From: Lama glama
Lineage: Eukaryota
DNA: 64,000 nucleotides
Reading direction: 5' to 3'
NCBI GenBank assembly: GCA_028534125.1
Contig: CM052816.1
Span: 37,450,001 to 37,514,000 of the forward strand
Every line of letters starts with the position of its first letter. Within the stretch, counting starts at the first letter, position 1. The notes beneath the pieces were generated by a model that was not told the origin of the DNA, made no database searches, and saw nothing but the letters and a program-made list of their open reading frames with translations. Of the stretch, positions 55,801-64,000 are shown piece by piece. Position numbers and translations under genes: made by a program.

Positions 55801-58360
55801 TTTCCTTGCTTAGTCTAGCTAAGGGTTTGTCAATTTTGTTTACCTTTTCAAAGAACCAAAGTTTGGTTTGGTTAATCTCTTCTATTTTTCTGTTCTCTAT
55901 TTCTGCTCTAAAAATTTTTATTACTTCTTTTCTTCTGCTAACTTTGGACTGTTTCTTTCTTTTATAGTTACTTAAGCCATACGGTTTGGTTGTTTATTTG
56001 GCAACTTAATGTTGGCACTTACTGCTATGAACTTCCCTCTTAGGACTCCTTTTTTGCTGCATCCCATTAATTCTGGTATGTTGTCTTTCCATTTTCATTT
56101 GTCCTGAGAAAATATTTCTATTTACCCTTAATTTCAACTTTGATCCACTGGTTGTTCAGGAGAGTATTGTTTCCATGTATTTCATGTATTCATGAATTCT
56201 TCAGTGTTTCTTTTGTTAATGATTCCTAGTTTTGTGCCATTGTGGTCAGAGGAAATACTTGGTATGATTTTATTGACCTAAAACAAATAGATCATCAAGT
56301 ATTCTTCCAACTAAGATGGGTTATTTGGGATCAACAGTGAATTGAAATTTGGGGTCTGCAGCCATGGAGAACCATTTGCAAGTTTCCAGCATAGTATGGG
56401 AAGGAGAACACTTACAGAGGGGAAATGGAATTTAGGAAGGCTATACTGAATAAAGAGTTCATGGCTTTTTATTTGCTGAGTCCTTGCTAGGAACAGAGTC
56501 TTTGTTCTTCATTTTGGACTTTGCTTTCATTGCAGGACATGAGGTCTCCCCCTTCTGGTCTCCAACTCTATTTAATTGAGATTTCTATTAATTTTTTTAC
56601 AATTTCAGTCATCTTGAATTTGCTGAGTCTTGTGACATAATATATAGTCTGTCCTAGAACAGACTGCATATGCACGTGAGAAGAATGTTTATTCTGCTGT
56701 TGTTGTATAGAATGTTCTTTATATGTCTAAGTCCTTTTGGTCTACAGTGTTGTTCAGATATGCTGTTTCCTTACTGATTTTCTTGTTTGTATTGATCTAT
56801 CCATTATTGAGAGTGGGGTATTAAAATTCCTCACTATTATTATATTGCTATTTATTTCTCCTTTTAGCTATGATAGTTTTTGCTTTATATATTTAGGTGC
56901 TCCATTGTGGACCATAAATATATAGAATTGTTGCATCTTCTTGATGGATTGACTTCTTTAACATGATATAATGACTTTTGTTTCTTTTTACCATTTTTTT
57001 TGTTGTATTTTGACTGATATGATTATAGCTTCTTTTTGGTTACTACCTAATTAAAATGTCTTTTTCTATCCTTTAATTCAGTCTTTTTGTGTCTTTAAGA
57101 CTAAAGTGAATCTCTCTTACGTAGCATAGCATTGGATCTTCTTTTTTATTCAGCCATTCTATGTTTTTATTACATTATTTGATCTAATTACTTTACCTGT
57201 AAAGAAATTATTGACAGGTAAGGACTTACTGTTGTCATTTTGTTTATTATTACTGATTTTTATAGATCCATTGTTCCTTGTTTCTTATCCTGCTGTATTT
57301 TTTTATGTTTTGATGTTTTTTGGTATCAGCATACTTTGACTTTACCATGTTCTTTTGTGTAATTGCTACAGGTTTTTCCATTGTAATTACCATGATGCTT
57401 ACATAAAATATCTTAAAATTGTAACACCCTGTTTTAAGCTGAAAACAGCTTAACTTGGTTACCAGTGTTAAATTTTATGTATTTTTATACTGTATAACTA
57501 ATAACAGATTATTATATTTATGGCTATTTTTACTGCATTCTTTTTAACTTTAAAATTGTAAATGAATTAGGCACCACCAGTACCAAAGTACAGAATTTAA
57601 CTTTGGCTTTATATTTAACACTATGAGTGAGATTTACACTGCCTTTTAATATTTTTAAGATGCTAATTAGTGTCCTTTTATTTCTACCTAAAGAATTCTC
57701 TTTTGCATTTCTTGTAAGTCAGGTCTAGTGGTAATGAACTGCCTCAGCTTTTCTTTGTTCAGGAACATCTTTACCTCTCCTTCATTTCTGAAGAACAATT
57801 TTACCTAGTATAGAATTGGTTTTTTCCTTTTTCTTTTTTTAATATTTAAAGTTTTTTTCTTTTAATATTTTGAGTATGTCATACCATTTTTTTCCTTGCC
57901 CGAAAAGTTTGTTGAGAAATCTTCGAGTGGTCTTAGGGGAGTTCCCCTTGTTGAGACTTTTCTCTTTTATCTTGCTGCTTTTAAAATTCTTTTTCTTTGA
58001 CTTTTGACAGTTTAATTATGTTTCTGGGTGTAGACCTGTTCAAGTTCAACCTGTTTGGGTTCTCTATCCTCTAGTTGTTGATTCTTTCTTCTGCATGATG
58101 CAGTGTGCTTTTGAAACTCTTTATTGAATTCTTCAGTTCAGTTATGTTTTTCAACTCCAGGATGTTTGTTTTTTCATAGTCTCTATTGCTTTGCATATCT
58201 TTCGTTTTTTTCATGCAGTGTTTTCCTAATTTTGTTTACAATGTTTTCCTAATTTTGTTTAGTTGCCTGCCTGTGCGTTCTTGTAGTCCCCTGAACTTCT
58301 CTAAGAGGATTTTTTTATCTGACAGTTCATAGATCTCCATTTCTTTAAGATCAGTTATCC
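52840..58360 (-). mobile_element. Near-full-length degraded L1, about 5.5 kb (ORF1, inter-ORF, ORF2, 3' UTR)
   Basis: The ORF2 start ATG at 57238-57236 reads MTTVSPYLSII. Track ORFs 54535-54726(-) IKYLETNLTKEVKDLYSE and 54928-55122(-) LNIIKAMYDMPIVNIILSGEK are L1 RT. Antisense ORF1 motifs lie at about 57690-58350. Confidence 0.93.
56271..56601 (-). mobile_element. ERV1-class solo LTR (331 bp) nested in L1 ORF2
   Basis: Interrupts the L1 sequence ggtatgATTT|cagtc with a 4-bp TSD ATTT (56267-56270 and 56602-56605). Termini T(A/G)TTGA...TTACA. Strand is inferred. Confidence 0.8.
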
Positions 58361-61104
58361 AGAAAGCCTTTTTTGTGTTTGTGATCATTGATTCATTATC
58401 TGCTCAGCTGAGTAATTGGATCCTCTTCCAGACTTCACAGGTTTGCTTTGGAATAAACCATCTTCACCAGTCAGCTTGGTTTAGGTTTGTGAGCATGCTT
58501 GTTGGTAATGTTCAGATCTCACCCGCCCAAGGACATTACCAGCAGACCCATCCAGAAGTTCTAATTGAACTTCGGTCAACACAATTCTTTATATATAATT
58601 TATATCTTCAAACCCATTAATTTTTTTCTCTGAACTTTGAAGCAAAAGTCTCATAGTCAAAAATGTTGCATGAAATGTCCAGAATGACCTTCTGCTTGTC
58701 AGTATCTTCTGAACACTCTTCATATTTTCAGAATTTAACATGAAGTATTTATAATACGATGTTCTTTCTATTGATTTAAAATCTACAAGCACATAGTAAG
58801 CATATTTGTAAAAAATCTGACTTAACATGTTAAAATAAAACTAAATAAAATGCTATACTTTCCTGATGTCTTTTGTTTGTTAGAATTTAGGCTTAGCATT
58901 TTTATTCAGCAAATTTATTCTCTAAAATCACATTTTTTGTAAGCTAGAGCTTTTAATGACTTACTCAACTCAAATCATTTTTTATTCTTGAATTAGAGTT
59001 TTACTAGTTTGTTGGCATTCTTTTCTCACAATCACGGTCTACTGTTTCCTTTTCTAACATTAGACAGTAAGATACAGAGTGTCATGTCATGAAATGAGAA
59101 GTAGCTGTTTTCCCCCTGAGGAAAAACTTTCTACAACAGGTCAAACAGATGTCTAAAAAACATTTAAATTTATGAACTCTTGATACATTTACATGACAAT
59201 GACTCACAATATAAATTCATGTATCCTTGTTATATAAATTGAGAATAAGCAGCAAGATATAACTGAAATTGTATCTCAAAAATAACATTTAAAACCCAAG
59301 GTGTTTTTTCATTGTTCTTGCTGTTACTCCTACTCTGTAGTTAAAATAATAACTGGTAAAAAATTGAGGACACTAACAATGTATTCAAAAGGAAAAATAA
59401 ATGCATGCAGAAACAGAATTGTACTCTGTGAAGCTTTAAATCTAATCAATTTCCTCAGTGATGAATCTATAAATTCTAAGGATGAAAATAGCATTGTGTA
59501 GTAAAAAAAAGGAAAATGGGTTGGAAGCTCTTAGAAACTAAATTTGACACTACCTGGATGAGTTACTTAAAATTCCTTTTGGTTCATGTTTCCTTTAAAA
59601 AGAAAAAAAAGAATCAAATTATATTAAGTCCCTTGAAAATACTGTTATATTCAGTCTTACTGTGTATCAAATAACATAGAAATTTAAGAAAACAGATATG
59701 CCTCTCCAGAAAATTGGAAACTGTAATGAGGGGATATAGATACTATATTTCTAACTATTAAATTATTTGCATGCATATAAATAAACATAGGTCATATAGA
59801 TACATATATATATGTGCATATGTTTACTATAAAGGTATTGTTTAATCAATCTGGCCATTCATAATTTTCAATTTATTTTTATAAAAAATAACCTTTAGAG
59901 GCACTTGTGAGTTATTGTTTCCTTGCTACCAGGAAATTTCTTATAATCAAATATGTCCAATATGTGATTATACCACATGACCAAATATTAATTGGGAAAA
60001 GGTCACAAGAAAAATCTATATTTCATATGGCTAATGACATACCATCTATCTGTCAGTTAATCCCTCTGCAAGAAAGATACATGGAAATAAGAAGCAACAG
60101 TAGATCAACAACATGCATGACAAAACTTGTAGTTTAAGAAGGCTGTGAAATCTTTCATATTCCATTGGAGAATATAAGAATGAAAAGAGGACCTGGCATA
60201 GAATGACACTCAAAAAGTGAATCTATTGTTCTACCAGGACTAGAAAAAATTACATACAAGGGTAAATATGTCTGTAAAATACGTATCTTTATGAACAAAA
60301 CTTATTTCAAAATGAAAAATAAAATCAACAGTCTTTATGCTTTCTTTAGTGCTAAAAATCACCCATTTTGTATTTTAATGAGTTTTGTACTCAGTCACCT
60401 ACTCTAGGGTGTAAATTAAGATTAATGCACACAGACTTACAGTACTGGTCACTGATGAAGCAACAAGAATATGGTAATTCTCTGCCCATATAACGCTATA
60501 AAATTGGGGGAAAAAAGACGACAATTCTCAAGCAATAACCAAGAAGCACTGGAGAGCTGTGATCCTTGTCAGAAGTGACACAAGTATAGTGAGCCCTATA
60601 ACAACACTGAAATTCTGGATGGAGATCATTTGTGACTATTATAAGGGGGTGGGGTGGGTAAAAACAGTATTAAGCCTGGAAGTCTGGCTGGTTAGGGAAA
60701 CTGGACTTTGGAGATGGTGGAATCTGAAGGAGCTGGAGGTTTTGAGATAGTTTTCATGAGAAGTTGGAGTCATGTGGAAAAAGTAATTCCAAGGATTTCA
60801 TATAGCAGTTGTTTGAAAGCCATGACATCATAATTTCTTTAATATAAGACTCCCCCCACCTCCATCAAATTTTCTTCAGGTATCTGAACTTTGAATTATC
60901 TCATTGTCAGGACACTGGTGGGCCTGGAAGGTGACAGGAAAGAATTGTCCAGGAAAAAAGATATCCCCTGATGTGCAAGAGGCAATTGAAGTTAGATTCT
61001 ACTCTACATACTTAGCAGTGAATTTGCTAAACCTCAATGACTTTTAAAGAATTGTGTGCCAATTAATAAAATAAAAATCCAATCTCAAGAATGGCTTTAA
61101 TCTT

Positions 61105-61375
61105 AGCCCCTTCCCCAGGGTAGTTGGAATGGTCCTCCCCCTTGTTGGCATGGGAAGCTACCAAGCCCATAAAAACTGATAACACGGCACCTCGCGACCA
61201 CCTTTCACTCGCTCTTCAGAGATGGCCCGCACTCTGTCTGTGGAGTGTGTATCTACTTTTACTTTAATCTGAGCACCCAACCCCCACATCTTGTGGCCTT
61301 TCTCTCACCTTCTAAAGCAGCCTACACTCTACATAGTATGTAGCTCTCTAAATAAATCTATTTTTACTCAAAAAA
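61105..61375 (+). mobile_element. Partial ERV LTR (U3/R) ending in AATAAA and a short A-tract
   Basis: TATA-like cccataaaaa; LTR-like gagatggcccgcactctgtctgtggagtgtgtatct; AATAAA at 61351-61356 followed by A6 at 61370-61375. Confidence 0.7.
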
Positions 61376-63273
61376 GAGGTTTTTAACTCATATATAATTG
61401 ACAGTGGAAGATTCATCACAAATCTTTGTTGTTGATCATTGTTCACATAACTGTAGTGCCTGACAGGACTCTAATGGTGGTGTGAGTTCCCGTAAGAGTT
61501 AATGAGCTCTTCTGTGTCTAGCTTACTGCCATAGCTATCTTAATCATATTTGGTTAAAAAACATACTATAGCAGATTGTCCATTTAGTTCCATAAAAATA
61601 ACTGTATGATAATGTGAGTAAGGAATATTATTTCATACCTGTATTACGCCTTAGTTTATAACTCAAACCTTTTAACATGCTTAGAATATAGCTTTAGGCT
61701 TTTCTTAAACACTTTTTAAAAATCACCAGTAACTAATGACATTAAGTGTGTGTTTGCGTCAAGTACAGAAAAACTCAATTTATTTTTCTTGTAAAATACC
61801 ACGTTAGCAATACTGAATTATGATAATTATCCCGGACAGTCTTAAGATTTTCAAATAACTACACATGTAAACAAACTAAGGATGACATACTTTTTCTCTG
61901 TCCCCTAGGAAATAGGTATTCTTCTGATACATAAAATATTTCTAACTCAATATAATCCTTCCAGAATGAAGCAGTTACTACTGCTATTACCATCATGAAG
62001 CAGTACTGAAACTCCTTATGAGGAAAGGAAATATACCAGCTTAAGAGTACTTATCCCTTTGAGTACTCGGATTAACTAGTCATAGGCCAATTGCTAAGGA
62101 AGGAATTACAAAGCCAAATGGTAAATTTGAATATTAAACTGAAAGGAGATGCCCTGCCATCCAGTTCCCCAGAGGGCAGTGTGAGTGCACTGCTGTTTTA
62201 TGGTCACCCTTACATGTTCTGGATAGATACTTCCCAACTTCCTAACTACCTAATCAATTCTTAATAAATCAAATACTTGACTAATACAGCCAATGGTATA
62301 GAATAACCTAAGATACCTTTGGCATATTTTCCTTGATATGGAAGAAAAATCTGGGAGTAAGTTTTGAGGAAGAGTTGGAGCGAGTGCTATTATTCAAAAT
62401 GAAAAGGAATCTAGATTACGTATAATATTAGCAAAGACCTTGCAGACAGTAGTTACTTATATGATGTTCAAATGCGTGGCAAAATGCATTATTTAACAGA
62501 CAAGGATCCTTGATCATCACAGTACCTCCTTATTTAATTTATTATAAAATGAATAATCATTTATTTGTAATTCATAGCTATTGCAAGATCCGGTTAATGG
62601 GCAGTAATTTAGAATCACAATTATGTAACTGAGAAAATGAGTGTTTCTCAGCTTTCCAAGACGTCATAATGTTTTCTTTTTATACTTAAATGATGTCACC
62701 AAATTTGCTTTGCATATGTGCCCATCCTGTTGGTCTGCATTGCAGACATACACAGTAAGTGCTCTTTTTCTGCATATAATTTATTCTAAGCAGAGGAACT
62801 ATTATAGCTGCCATCTGTTTTGGCTACTTCTCATCTTTTTTGGCACATGAACAATAGTTTAGTGAACAATCGAATCGTGGACTTATTTACTACTCTAGAT
62901 AGTGCTATAAAGACTCTTTGTCATAGTGAATATAGACACAAATTGTGTTTCAACAACATTCATTAGGGACCAAGGTTGCAGTAGATATTGTCTTTCCCTT
63001 GGGTTTCACATTTCTATTTTAATTCTGACGAGATCAATTTAAGTTTCTATAGTAAATTTTCTCCAAGAAATTGCCAGATACTTAAACCTTTTAGAATTAG
63101 ATCAAAGAAAAGAGGGAGGAAAAATGTAACTTTTTAAAAAAGGACTAATAAGGGATAACTATGATAAACTATTTTTAAAAGTAGCATCAGAACCGAGTAC
63201 TTTTATCAATTAAAATCTAAATTTGCTTATTTAAATTTTAAAAATGTTTTCCTTTTATTAAAATTAAAGATGC

Positions 63274-63738
63274 TGTAATAGTTTCCTGTGGCTGCTATAA
63301 TAAATTATCAAAATGTGAGTGTATTTAAGCAACAGAAATTTATTTTCCTGCAGTTTTGGAGGCCAGAAATGAGGAGTCACAGTGCCATCAGGGCCAGGCT
63401 ACTTCTAGAAGTTTAAGAGGAGAGCCTATTCCTTGCCTCTTTCAGCTTTTGGTGGCTGTCACATTCACTGGTTTGTGGCTCCATAATCCAAACTCTGCCT
63501 CTGTCTTCACATGACCTTTTTTTCCATCTGTGTCTTTTCCTCTTTCAGCTCTTAAAAGAGTATTTTTAACTGAGTTTATGGTCCATGCAGGAAGATTTCA
63601 TCTCAAGATCCTTAATTAAATTTTGTATGCAATGACCCTTTTGACCCTTTCTGCAAATAAGGTAACAGTGACATGTTTTAGCCATAAGGATGTGGGCATA
63701 TCTTTTGGTGGGGAGGAATCATCATTTGACCTATTACA
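63274..63738 (-). mobile_element. ERVL-MaLR MLT1 (C-like) solo LTR
   Basis: TG...CA termini; gtttcctgtggctgctataa, aacagaaatttattttcctgcagttttggaggccaga, ccttgcctctttcagcttttggtggc and atctcaagatccttaa. Confidence 0.88.
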
Positions 63739-64000
63739 GAAAGTATCTGCCAAAAATATTTAATACCAGAATAGCATCTGATAAAACTGTGTTAGTTTAG
63801 GAGTCTAGTTTATGAAGAAATAGCAGCAAAGAAGAGAAGGCCACTCGCTATATAATGCCAACATTCCACAGGGTCCATCTTCATTCTTTTTCTCTATAAA
63901 TCATTGTTTCTGGTACTCAAATATTTATCTAAACTTCTGTTTGACTTCATTTGCCACTGCCTAAATGTATGGTACATCCCTACCTGACACCTCTTCTTCC

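Noticed and set aside
1..64000. The short ORFs of the six-frame track as genes, or a prokaryote-style novel system (CRISPR, defence island, operon)
   Set aside because: The sequence is mammalian repeat-rich non-coding DNA. All ORFs are 130 aa or shorter and are either L1-derived or look like translations of AT-rich background. I saw no repeat-spacer array.

Overview
AT-rich, CpG-poor eutherian genomic DNA. The L1 3' ends look cetartiodactyl and most like camelid; this is recalled, not database-checked. The window is intergenic or intronic, and I cannot support any intact protein-coding gene, RNA gene or CRISPR array. The one host-gene-derived feature is a degraded FAT1 fragment on the minus strand at about 1-515, encoding the cytoplasmic tail with frameshifts and stops. 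The rest is layered transposable elements: many L1 fragments of different ages (mostly minus strand, one about 5.5 kb with ORF1 and ORF2), ERV solo LTRs, MaLR MLT1 LTRs, MIR and L2 relics, a probable CR1/L3 relic, and two Tc1/mariner-type MITEs. The more interesting details are mechanistic: a 12-nt micro-inversion at the 5' end of a young L1, a larger inverted L1, an LTR copy ending at its own poly(A) site, nested insertions with target-site duplications (TSDs), and one cluster of immune transcription-factor motifs. I found no evidence for a new biological system. Repeat family names come from remembered consensus sequences, and boundaries without TSDs or terminal repeats are approximate.
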